This document shows, in pieces, positions 8,290 to 17,700 of a stretch of DNA of 64,000 nucleotides (positions within the stretch are counted from its first letter, which is position 1; each line of letters opens with the position of its first letter). The stretch comes from Verrucomicrobiota bacterium. GTDB taxonomy: Bacteria; Verrucomicrobiota; Verrucomicrobiia; Limisphaerales; UBA1319. Below the pieces are notes generated by a model. That model did no database searches. It saw nothing but the letters and a program-made list of their open reading frames with translations, and was not told the origin of the DNA. The stretch lies in NCBI GenBank assembly GCA_022711435.1, contig JAKLFB010000015.1, positions 36,626 through 100,625 of the forward strand, in the 5' to 3' direction. The position numbers were made by a program, and so were the translations under genes.

Positions 8290-9267
8290 ATGAATGCCGC
8301 GGAACTGCGGGGAGTGACGAAGGCGTTTGGCGCCCAGGTGGCGGTCGACGATCTGACCCTGGACGTGCCCCGCGGGTCGATCTACGGGTTTATCGGGCCC
8401 AACGGCTCGGGCAAAACCACCACGCTGCGGATGATCATGAACATCCTCCTGCCCGATGCCGGTTCGATCCGCCTGCTGGACGGCTCCGCTCCCGGGGGTT
8501 GCACGGAGCGGATGGGGTATCTGCCGGAGGAGCGAGGGCTGTATCGGCGAATGAAAGTCCGCGATCAGCTCCAGTTCATTGCGCAATTGAAACGCGGGCG
8601 GCGAATGGCGCGGGAGATTGACGCCTGGCTGGATCGGTTGGGTCTGGCCGCCTGGGCGGACCGCAAAATCGAGGCGCTCAGCAAGGGCATGAGCCAGAAA
8701 GTCCAGTTTATCGCGGCGGTCGCCTCCGAACCGGAGCTGCTCATCCTCGACGAACCGTTCAGCGGGCTGGATCCGGTCAATGTCGATCTGCTGCGGGCGG
8801 CCGTGATCGACTTGCGCCGGGCGGGGGTGACAGTCATCTTCAGCACCCACGACATGAGCGTCGCCGAAACCCTGTGCGATTTCATCTTGATGATTTTTCG
8901 AGGGCGCAAGGTTCTGGACGGGACGCTGCATGCGATCCAGGACCGATACGGCGCCGACGTCCTCAAGGTCCAGATCGAGGGCGACGGATCCCTGCTGGCC
9001 GATTTGCCGGGCGTCGAGCGCGTGGTGGATCGCGGGCAGTGTCAGGAGCTGCGATTGGCGCCGTCGGCGGACTCCCAGGCGGTGCTGGCCGCCCTGGCCG
9101 GTCGAGGGCGCGTCCGGCATTTCGAGGTGACCCGGCCGTCGCTGCATGACATTTTCGTGCGGATCGCTGGACCGGAGGCGGCCTCCAAGCCGCCGCGGGA
9201 CGAGCCCGTGCCGGGCCTGGCTCCTCCAGCGGCGCCCGGTCCGGAAAACCGCTCTTCGCTTTCATGA
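8290..9267 (+). CDS. ABC transporter ATP-binding protein (NatA/ABC-2 exporter type)
   Basis: Walker A GPNGSGKTT, signature LSKGMSQK, Walker B LLILDEPFSGLD. 4-bp ATGA overlap with the downstream permease. Confidence 0.9.
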   Translation: MNAAELRGVTKAFGAQVAVDDLTLDVPRGSIYGFIGPNGSGKTTTLRMIMNILLPDAGSIRLLDGSAPGGCTERMGYLPEERGLYRRMKVRDQLQFIAQLKRGRRMAREIDAWLDRLGLAAWADRKIEALSKGMSQKVQFIAAVASEPELLILDEPFSGLDPVNVDLLRAAVIDLRRAGVTVIFSTHDMSVAETLCDFILMIFRGRKVLDGTLHAIQDRYGADVLKVQIEGDGSLLADLPGVERVVDRGQCQELRLAPSADSQAVLAALAGRGRVRHFEVTRPSLHDIFVRIAGPEAASKPPRDEPVPGLAPPAAPGPENRSSLS

Positions 9268-10586
9268 ACCGGATTCTTTGCATCGCGCGCCGCGAGTACC
9301 TGGCCACGGTCCGGACCAAGGGATTCGTGATTGGGCTCCTGATCATGCCGCTGCTGATGTTCGGGACGGTGCTGGTGATCCACCTGTTCAAAGGCCACCG
9401 GGATGTGCGGGACCGTCGGATTGCCGTGGTCGATCGCACGGGCAGACTGGCGCCGGCGCTGGCGGAAGCGGCGGCCCGGCGCAACGCCGAGGAGATTTTC
9501 GACCGGCGGACCGGGCGAAAATTGGCGCCCGCCTATTGGATCGAGGTGGCGGCGCCGGCCGGGACGAACCTGGCGGCTCAACGGCTGGCCCTGTCCGACC
9601 GGGTGCGACGCAAGGAGCTCCATGCCTACCTCGAGATCGGCTCGCAGGTTGTGCATCCGCGGCCCGGCAATCCGGAGTCTCGGATCAGCTACCATTCTCC
9701 GGGCGCCGCGTTGGATGAGGCTCGAGGGTGGCTGAGCGGGCCGATCAACCAGGAACTCCGCCGCGCGCGCTTGACGGAAGCCGGGATCACCGAGGCCCAG
9801 GTGCCCCACCTCTTCAGCCGGCTGGAAATCGAGCTGATGAGCCTGGTGTCCGCCGACGCCCGCACCGGCGAGATCAAGGAGGCCGAACGGCGGGACGAAC
9901 GGCACGCGGTGATCGCGCCCATGGTGCTGGCCATGCTGGTGTACGTGATGGTCCTGATGGCCGCCCTGCCGATGCTCCATGCGGTGATGGAAGAAAAGAC
10001 GCAACGCATTGCCGAGATCCTGCTGGGCGCCGCCCGGCCGTTTGAGCTGATGTTCGGCAAAATGCTCAGCGCGCTCGCGGTGGCTCTGACCGGTTCCGCG
10101 GTGTATCTAACGCTTGGCATCCTGCTGGGATATCGGCTGGACTTCTTCCGGTGGATCCCGTGGTCGGTCCTGCCCTGGCTGCTGCTGTTCCTCCCGCCTG
10201 CCATTCTGATGTATGCCGCCTTGAGCGCGGCCATGGGCAGCGCCTGCAACGATCCCAAGGACGCCCAGAACCTCACGTTCCCGGTGATCATCCCGGCCGT
10301 TCTGCCCCTGATGTTCTTGATGCCCGTCATTCAGGAACCTCAAAGCATGCTGTCCGTGACGTTGTCCCTGATCCCGCCATTCACGCCGATCCTGATGATG
10401 GTGCGTCTGGGATTGCCCAACGGCGCCCCATGGTGGCAAGGGGTTGTGGGGTGGGTCGGCTTGGTGCTTTTCGCGCTGCTGATGATCTGGATGGCGGGGC
10501 GGATCTTCCGCGCCGCGCTGTTGATCCAGGGCAACTCGCCCCGGGGGCGCGACCTGGCCCGCTGGCTGCTTGGCAGCGCCCGGTAA
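9264..10586 (+). CDS. ABC-2 family permease (NatB-like) with a large extracytoplasmic loop
   Basis: MNRILCIARREYLATVRTKGFVIGLLIMPLLMFG start typical of NatB-like permeases. Hydrophobic C-terminal half. Translationally coupled to the ATPase. Confidence 0.75.
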   Translation: MNRILCIARREYLATVRTKGFVIGLLIMPLLMFGTVLVIHLFKGHRDVRDRRIAVVDRTGRLAPALAEAAARRNAEEIFDRRTGRKLAPAYWIEVAAPAGTNLAAQRLALSDRVRRKELHAYLEIGSQVVHPRPGNPESRISYHSPGAALDEARGWLSGPINQELRRARLTEAGITEAQVPHLFSRLEIELMSLVSADARTGEIKEAERRDERHAVIAPMVLAMLVYVMVLMAALPMLHAVMEEKTQRIAEILLGAARPFELMFGKMLSALAVALTGSAVYLTLGILLGYRLDFFRWIPWSVLPWLLLFLPPAILMYAALSAAMGSACNDPKDAQNLTFPVIIPAVLPLMFLMPVIQEPQSMLSVTLSLIPPFTPILMMVRLGLPNGAPWWQGVVGWVGLVLFALLMIWMAGRIFRAALLIQGNSPRGRDLARWLLGSAR

Positions 10587-10611
10587 CCAAGCCCTCGAAC
10601 AATGGGGTCTA

Positions 10612-12807
10612 CTACGGCTGCCGCACGGAGCGCTCGGCCTCCGCAATCCGCCGCAGGCTCTGGTAGACCTGGCGCGCCAGGGCGACGCGCTGGAGGAGCA
10701 GATCGCCTTGGAGCGCCAGTTGCTGGCGATAGCGGTCGTTTGCGAGCTTGCCTTCGGCGTTGTCGCGGCGCGCATCGGCCACCATCCGTTCGACTTCGGC
10801 GAGGCTCGATTCCCGCGCCTGGAACAGCGCCTCGAGGCCGTCGTATTTCCAGAATCGCAATCCTTCGCGCACGATGTAGACGGGCGTGGTGTGGGCGCTG
10901 GTGCCATCGCCGGCGTGCGCGCGCGCGGCGATCCAGCAGCCGTCGCCTGCATCCACGGCAAAGTCGACCTCGGCTTCGGCGCTGCGCGGACTGGCGGACT
11001 CCGCGGACCGGATGACTTCGCCATGCCGGACGATTTCGAGACGCATCGGCGCCATGCGCGCCGGGTCGCCCCAGGCGCGCGCCCGGACGCGCAGCGTGCG
11101 GCTGGACGCGAGGCGGATTTCATCGCCGGGCAGGGCGTTCTCGACGCGGAGGTCGATCATCGGCCCGCTGGTGGTGAAGGTGCGCCCCTTGCGGAAGGCC
11201 TCGAACCAGGCATCGGCCGAGAACGCTTCGTCCCCCAGGAACGCGTAAGCGCGGACTTCGCCCACGGTGCCGCCCCAAGGCACGTCCGAGCCAGCGGACG
11301 CAGTCAGCTTGCAGCCGATATTGAGGAACTCATAGTAGAGGCCGGTGCCGAGGCTGTTGAACTGGAGGATCTCGACGAAGTCCGCCTTCTGTCGCGGCAC
11401 ATTGATGCTCATGTCGCGATGGACGTGGAAGAGGCCCGAATTCACGTGCGCATAGCCCGCCAGACCGCCCTGCGCATGGACAGCATCGAACACCTCGTCG
11501 TAGAGAAAGTAACGATCCGTGTTGCGAATCATGCTGGCGATGTTCATGGCCAGCGTGTGGCCGATCTGGTCGTGGGTGCGCGGGCACTCCTGGCCGGGGG
11601 CCAGAACGAACTCGCCGTCCACAACGCGGTAGGCCGGGCCAAACCCGCGCTGCTCGAAGTAGGTCCGGTAGATGTCGCCCATCTTGACGATGTTGGCCAG
11701 ATGGACATCCTCGGCCTGGATCCAAGCCATCAAGCGGCGCGCATCCTCGTCCGAGCGAATTCGGCAGTGGACATGATCGTCGCCGGACCACCACCCTCGC
11801 TTGCGCATGTCGACCCAGCGGCTCGGGCGGAGCGTCTGTCCGACCGTCTGGCCCGACTGGACCGTCACGTCGCGAAAGACAACCTCGTGCTCGACGCCGC
11901 GGCGCACGCCGATCTGCCACGTTCCCGGCGCCACCGCCATGTCGAACGGACCCGGCACGCACCAGAATGTCCCGCGCTGCGCCCCGGGCAGGTTCGCGTT
12001 GCGGGCGCCGCTGGCCCTGCCCTGCTTGTCGAACTGCGGCGCAAACTCGATTCCATTCGCGGGCTGCCGCACCTGACCGTCCGTGCGCCACATCAATTGC
12101 ACCATGGCAGGGGCGGGCTTGCCGGTATCGTCCGAAAGCACGGTGAGTTTCAACCGCCCCGGGCTGGGCGTGGCCACTTCCGCCGGCAGTCGCACGCCGG
12201 GCTGCCCGGATCGTCGCAGGTTGAGGCAGAGCATCGTGCGGCCGAAGGGAAGGCATTCGAGCCCCACCACGGCGTAGGTCGTGCCTTGGGAGCCGACATC
12301 CAGGTTGACCTGGCTCGATTCGCCGGCTGGCTGCGACAGGTCGGCAACGGTCGTGCCATAGCTCAATCCTTCAGCGCCCGCCTCGATCTCCAAAAGCAAC
12401 GCCCCCGTGTCGCCGGCCAGCTCGAAAGGCCCCGCCGGCCTGAGCTGCGGATCCGCCAAAGTCAGGTCCACGCGGATGCGATGCGGGCATTTCTTCACGA
12501 TCTCGAGAAGCTGGCCGGCAGCGGCGGCGCCCCGGTTCGCCGCCGCCCGGAGGGCATCGCCGCTTCGGGTTCTCTCCATCTGCTGCTGGATCTGGCGCAG
12601 CTCGCGATTGATTGCCTCCAGCTCGGCGTGCTTCTCGGGCTCGAACAGATCCAGATGGCTCCGGGCAATCCGGCCCGCAAAATCGACAATGCCGGGCGGC
12701 AAGACCGCTGCAGGATCGCCGGCCTGTGGCGATGGCATCCAGTGGAACACCGCCAAGGCCGCGGTGAGCAGGCGCAGGAGCGAGAGAGGATTCGTGCCAG
12801 TATTCAT
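10612..12807 (-). CDS. CehA/McbA-family (PHP-fold) metallohydrolase-like protein with an N-terminal signal and coiled region
   Basis: Motifs GDDHVHCRI, HVNSGLFHVHRD, SAGSDVPWGG, RTFTTSGPMIDL. The plus-strand ORF 10570..12861 has no recognisable motifs. ATGA overlap with the upstream gene at 12804-12807. Confidence 0.6.
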   Translation of the reverse strand: MNTGTNPLSLLRLLTAALAVFHWMPSPQAGDPAAVLPPGIVDFAGRIARSHLDLFEPEKHAELEAINRELRQIQQQMERTRSGDALRAAANRGAAAAGQLLEIVKKCPHRIRVDLTLADPQLRPAGPFELAGDTGALLLEIEAGAEGLSYGTTVADLSQPAGESSQVNLDVGSQGTTYAVVGLECLPFGRTMLCLNLRRSGQPGVRLPAEVATPSPGRLKLTVLSDDTGKPAPAMVQLMWRTDGQVRQPANGIEFAPQFDKQGRASGARNANLPGAQRGTFWCVPGPFDMAVAPGTWQIGVRRGVEHEVVFRDVTVQSGQTVGQTLRPSRWVDMRKRGWWSGDDHVHCRIRSDEDARRLMAWIQAEDVHLANIVKMGDIYRTYFEQRGFGPAYRVVDGEFVLAPGQECPRTHDQIGHTLAMNIASMIRNTDRYFLYDEVFDAVHAQGGLAGYAHVNSGLFHVHRDMSINVPRQKADFVEILQFNSLGTGLYYEFLNIGCKLTASAGSDVPWGGTVGEVRAYAFLGDEAFSADAWFEAFRKGRTFTTSGPMIDLRVENALPGDEIRLASSRTLRVRARAWGDPARMAPMRLEIVRHGEVIRSAESASPRSAEAEVDFAVDAGDGCWIAARAHAGDGTSAHTTPVYIVREGLRFWKYDGLEALFQARESSLAEVERMVADARRDNAEGKLANDRYRQQLALQGDLLLQRVALARQVYQSLRRIAEAERSVRQP

Positions 12808-13601
12808 GGACGAGAGGGTGGATGCATTTCAGCGGCGGATGCCATCGGACGGGTCGGATGAGCGGACGATGCCTCGGGTGCGGGCGGCTGCAGACATCGG
12901 ACCTTGAACAGCCGCGCCTCGCCGGCGCGCAGCGGAGCGAATCCAGGATCGTCTCGCTTCTCCGCCTCGAGGGCGCAGCCATCGCGGCCGTCGGCTTGCA
13001 GGAACCCGAGTGCTTTCGCCGCCGGCCAGAGTCGATCTTCGATCAGGATCTCGTCGCCTGCGCGCAGCGGCGCCGGATCGGCGGCGAAGAAGAAAAGCCG
13101 GAGCCGGTGATGGGCCGGGCCAGCCTGCCGGCTGCCGAGCAGATCGACTTCCGGCGCATAGAGGGGCGCCAGCGCCAGCTCGCGGCTGCCGACGCACAGC
13201 CGGATCTGCCGAGCCAGATCGGGCGCGAGCTTTTTCACATACAACTCGACCTCGGGACGCGTGATCGTTCCATCAGCGTCCGAATCCATGGCGGCGCGCT
13301 CGCGGCCGGACCATTCTTCGAAGAAGGTCAGATCCACCTCGATGTCGAAGTGCCGAGCGCCGACGGTGACCAGAATGCCATGGCGGATGTAGGCGGTGAA
13401 CAGGGCGTGCGCCTCCGCCCGGCACGGCAGGCCGATCGCGATGCATGCGCTTAGCAGCCAGAACCGCCGCGCCCGCAGCCGCCTGGTGCATACGCCAAGG
13501 AGCGCGCTCGGAATGAGAGCGGCGAAGGCAGCCCAGCATCTCAGCAGACCGCTCCAGGCGCTTCCGATGCCGCTGGGTTGCATAGGGCGCATTATTCTCA
13601 C
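12804..13601 (-). CDS. Hypothetical secreted protein with an EF-hand-like loop (DSDADGTITRPE)
   Basis: ORF with the hydrophobic segment FWLLSACIAIGLPCRAEA and coupled (ATGA) to the metallohydrolase gene. No family recognised. Exact start uncertain. Confidence 0.45.
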   Translation of the reverse strand: MRIMRPMQPSGIGSAWSGLLRCWAAFAALIPSALLGVCTRRLRARRFWLLSACIAIGLPCRAEAHALFTAYIRHGILVTVGARHFDIEVDLTFFEEWSGRERAAMDSDADGTITRPEVELYVKKLAPDLARQIRLCVGSRELALAPLYAPEVDLLGSRQAGPAHHRLRLFFFAADPAPLRAGDEILIEDRLWPAAKALGFLQADGRDGCALEAEKRDDPGFAPLRAGEARLFKVRCLQPPAPEASSAHPTRPMASAAEMHPPSRP

Positions 13602-13634
13602 TATGCCCGTTCCCTGTCCATCTTTCGTTCTTTT

Positions 13635-14133
13635 TCACGGATCGAGGTCCGCGGCGCAGCGGAAGCCGACCGTTGCGCAGCGGTCCAGCCCGGGCCAGGC
13701 CAGGAGGCACTTGCAGCCGAACGAGACTTCCTGCGGGCCGCCGTCCATGTACCAGGACCCGTTTCCTTTCCTGGCCTGGTAGAATGAGCCGCCCCGCAGG
13801 ATGGCAAAACGGGTCACGCCGTCGGCCCGCTCGCTTTCGGTCCATTCCCAGGTGTTGCCGCAGAGATCGTAGATGCCGAAGGGGGATCGTCCGGCGGGGA
13901 ATCGGGCGACCGGCGTGGTGGTGGCGCCTAAGCCGTTGCATCGGTCATCATTGGGTTGCGGCTCCGAGCCGCCGGCGAAACTCGGGCCAGAGCGCAGGAT
14001 CGCCCGGAGCCCGAATGATGTCCGCGGACGGATCGAACCAGCCGTCGACCGAATCCGCCGCATCGCGGCCCGCTCGGATCGCCGCCGACGAAGCCGCAGC
14101 AAGGCTCGCAGCGAGAAATCTGCGGCGGTTCAT
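13635..14133 (-). pseudogene. Remnant of an FGE-sulfatase (SUMF1/EgtB/PvdO-type) domain gene: a Tat-signal N-terminus joined out of frame to only the last ~100 aa of the domain
   Basis: Frame 1 from ATG 14133 gives MNRRRFLAASLAAASSAAI...ALWPEFRRRLGAATQ followed by a double stop at about 13948. The other frame (ORF 13635..14102) carries SPFGIYDLCGNTWEWT...LRGGSFY...TVGFRC, the C-terminal FGE signature. The usual ~150 aa N-terminal part of the domain is missing. Confidence 0.55.
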
Positions 14134-14407
14134 GCGCGTTGGTTTCGGGCGCTCGGGGCCCTGATCGAGATGAGGCATGACGCGGATTCTACACAAGGCG
14201 CCATCGGCCCACAACTCAATGCCGGGGGGCGCGCCGCCCATCCAGCCGATTTCCCGCGCATTTGAGTGCCGGGGCGGCTGGAACGGGATCTGCTATTGGC
14301 AAAAGTGCGAAGCGGCTGAGGACGATCGGGTTTGCTCCTCGATGCTCTCTGGCCCCTCGGCGGTCGAGGGACCGGTGCGTGTCGGCACTGTGGAAGACAA
14401 GGGTGGG

Positions 14408-14692
14408 CTTAAGGGTCTGTGCAAAAATTACTTCCGATTTTGGCGGGAGCGCCGCCGGGCCAGATGCGAGGCGCGAGTGGAGGGAGTGTATCCCCTGCGA
14501 TACTCGACCGACCGAGCCACGAAGCAGATGGCCCGGCGCCGCCCCGCCCCTGCGCGCTGGGGGCCTTGGGCGCGCTGGCTGTTGTTGCTCCTCGCTCACA
14601 GACCGCGCGGGTATGCTCGCTCGTCGCGCCTTGCCAGCCCGCCCAATCTCCTCCAGCAAAATCGGAATTAATTTTTGCACAGACCACTAAGG
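14408..14692. mobile_element. MITE-like non-coding element (~275 bp) with ~36-bp imperfect terminal inverted repeats
   Basis: Left end ggtctgtgcaaaaattacttccgattttggcgggag (from 14414). Right end ctcctccagcaaaatcggaattaatttttgcacagacc (to 14685), which is its reverse complement with a few mismatches. Flanked by cttaag / actaag. The right 183 bp recur at 42400..42581. No credible ORF inside. Confidence 0.65.
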
Positions 14693-14705
14693 AAAGAAAG
14701 GGCGT

Positions 14706-17700
14706 ATGAAGGGAAACAAGAGGCGGGGAGGGTTGGCCGCGGCACTCATCGCCGGGCTGTCGCTGGGATCGAGTTCGCACGAGCTGGCCAGGGGGGCGCA
14801 AACCCACGGGAAGCTGGATCCCTGTTTTACGTGCCGGCTCGAGTTTCAAACGGTGGCGGTCGAGCGCGCCAAGGCGGGCTGGCTGCCGTTCGAGGCGGCC
14901 GATCCGGCCCGGCCCCGGGTGTTCCGAACACGCACCACGACCCAGGAGGACAAGTATCAGCGGTCGTACCGCGCTTTGGCGCCCCGGGAAGGAAGCCTCT
15001 GCGGGCTCGAACGACAGAGTCAGCGGCTCATCCAGCGCGTCGAGCACTGGGGGCCGGACCAATACCGGATCGCGCTCGATGAGATCGAATACGACGGGGA
15101 CCCGAAGGTGTGGCCTCAAGGTGATTTCGAGACGATCGAGCACGGGCAGGGAGCGCGGCAGTGGAAGACGGAGGTCTGGCAGGGAGGCCAGGCGGTCGTG
15201 ACCGATGCCGGGAGCTGCGCGGCGACAATGGCCGGCGGGCAATGGGCTCCCGAAGAGTGCGGGGTTGTTCGCTGGGAAGCCGATCGGAGCGACAGCGCGG
15301 TGGCGGAGACAGCGGTGACATGGGTGGACCTGCTCCAGCGAAAGACCGCCGAGGACGAGGTGCTGGGCGCCCGAACGCACAGCGAGGTTCTAACCCAGGA
15401 ATACACGACCGACGAGCTGATCGAGCGGCTGGGGGAGGACGCCAGTGCATCCAGTTGGGGAACGGCCTGGGAGGGGGAAGGGATGGCGGCGCTGTGGCTC
15501 AGCCCGGCGCAGCGCTGGGCAGTGGGCCAGTCGATGCGGTATCGGTTCGCGCTGCGGACGGAGCGGGGCGGCATTTACCGGGTGTTCTGGGAAGAGGTCA
15601 GCCGGTTTGACGATGGAACCGTCGAATCCGTCCCGCGCATGGTCCAGGTCGATGGGGATGGAAAGGATCAGGTCACGAAAGTGTTTTCGGTGCCCGTGCC
15701 GGCTCGAGCCGGCTGCGTGACGGTCGAAGGGGTTCGAGTGGCAGTGGTGGCGGGTGGATTTCACGGGGTGCTCGATTACGGCGGGCGGGCGCCGGGCAGC
15801 GGAGGGCCATCCCCGTGGGAGCCGGAGGGGTGCGCCGGATGCCAGGGCTCGCCCACGAGCGCGCCTGCGATCGGAGCGATTCCCGACTTCGGGATCTCCC
15901 TTGGCCGGTTCAATCAGGGGCGCTCGGACGGCTGCCTGTGGCTGGGGTGTCAGCAGCCAGAGCGGAATTGGGGTGCGCCGGAGATGTTCCAGGTGGTCGG
16001 ATCGCCCGGCATCGAGGTCGTCGAGGACCAGGATCGGATCCAACAGGTCCGAACCCCCGAGGTGCTGGTCGATCTCGAGCACGAGGGGCCCGGGCGCTTC
16101 CAGTGGCGGTTCTTCCCCAAAGCTCAGGCCGGCCCCAAGACCGATGGACGCTATGTCGGAATCGGAGAGCCGGCGGTGATCTGGCAGGTGCGCACAGACC
16201 GCGACGGGCAAAACGCATCCCTGGAGATCACCGAGATCCGGGGCGCAAAACGATGGACCTACAAATACGATTATCAGGCAGAGTCGCGCACATGGACCCT
16301 GTTGTGGCCGGAGGCTGTCCGCCAGGACTCGAGCCGACTGGAATACGGCCCGGCAGAACGAGTGATCTGGACTGAGGTGCGCGGGCGGGACGGGCAGGTC
16401 GAGTATCGCGAGTGCCGGATCTATCGGCGGCATGAATGGGGGGAAGGGCTGGCCGAGTTGCGTCAGGGCCAGGGAGAATGCCAGCGAACAACGCGGCTCT
16501 GGTACATCGACGGCCCGTTCGCACAGGGCAGCCCCCAGCCCCTCCGGAACATCGAGTATCCCGACGGCGGCTGGGAGCGGTTCGAGTATGACGACCAGGG
16601 CCGGCTCAGCCGCGTGATCCAGCCCTGGGCAGATGCGGACGCCGACAGCAGCCCGCAGGAATGCCATGTGTGGGAACTGGATTACGCCAGCCCATCCGGA
16701 TCGGGCGATGATCCTCAATGGGCCTCGTCGGAGCCGCGGCGGGTGATCGAGCGTGTGCAGGGGATCGAGGTGGGCAGAACCTACACGATCCACCGCTTGG
16801 GGCCCCAGGACCGATCGATCGAGGAGATCCGATGCCCCGAGCCGGGCCTCGAGTGGAACGATCCACGGTGCCTGCGCAGGTTGTTGAGATCGCCCATGGA
16901 CGGCCCGGGCGGGTCGATCCGGCATGAGGATGGCACGCTGACTCAGTGGAGCGAGCGCACCGAAGGCGATCACCGGATCGTCGAGAGCGCCACCGGCCGC
17001 GCGGGGGGGATCGACGGCGCGGTCGATCAAGGGATTCGGATCACCTATACGATCGATTCGGGAGGGGCGGTCGTGCAGCGATCGGTCGAGCGAGTCCGGC
17101 CTCAGGAGTCCATCTGTCTGCACCAGGAGATTGCAGTCCAGCGAGACGAATGGGGGCGGCCCACCCGAGTCGAGTCCTTGGGCGGCCGACTCCTGGAACG
17201 AGGCTATCATTGCTGCGGGATCGAATGGGAGAAGGATCTTGCCGGAGCGCAGACAATCTATCTTCACGATCCTGCTCACCGACTGGTCGGCGAGGTTGCC
17301 GGCAGCGGGGTGGTGCGGCGCGTCGAGCTGAATGCCATTGGGCAGGCCGTGGCCGAGCAGGTGGTGGGGACCAATGGCGTGGCGCTCCATTCCGGAGGAT
17401 GGGCCTATGACATGGCCGGAGAATGGATCCGATACACCAATGCCTGGGGCGAGGCGGTCCATCGCTCCCTGTCCGCGCAGGAGCAAATCATCCGATACCC
17501 CGATGGATCCCAGCAGCGCGAGGTCCGATATGCCGACGGGCGGCTGGCTCGGATCGATGGGACCGCGGCTTTCCCCGTCCGATTCGAGTATGGCGTCGAG
17601 CGGTTCGATGGGATCGACCGTGTGTGCGAACGCGAGATCCGCCTGGCTGCGGATGGAGCTGACACGGCCGAAGTGCGCGTTCGGTACCGCGACGGTCTGG

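Noticed and set aside
10570-12861. 763-aa plus-strand ORF opposite the CehA/McbA-like gene
   Set aside because: It has no motifs and an Ala/Arg/Gly-rich composition. The minus frame has metal-hydrolase motifs and ATGA coupling to its upstream gene.
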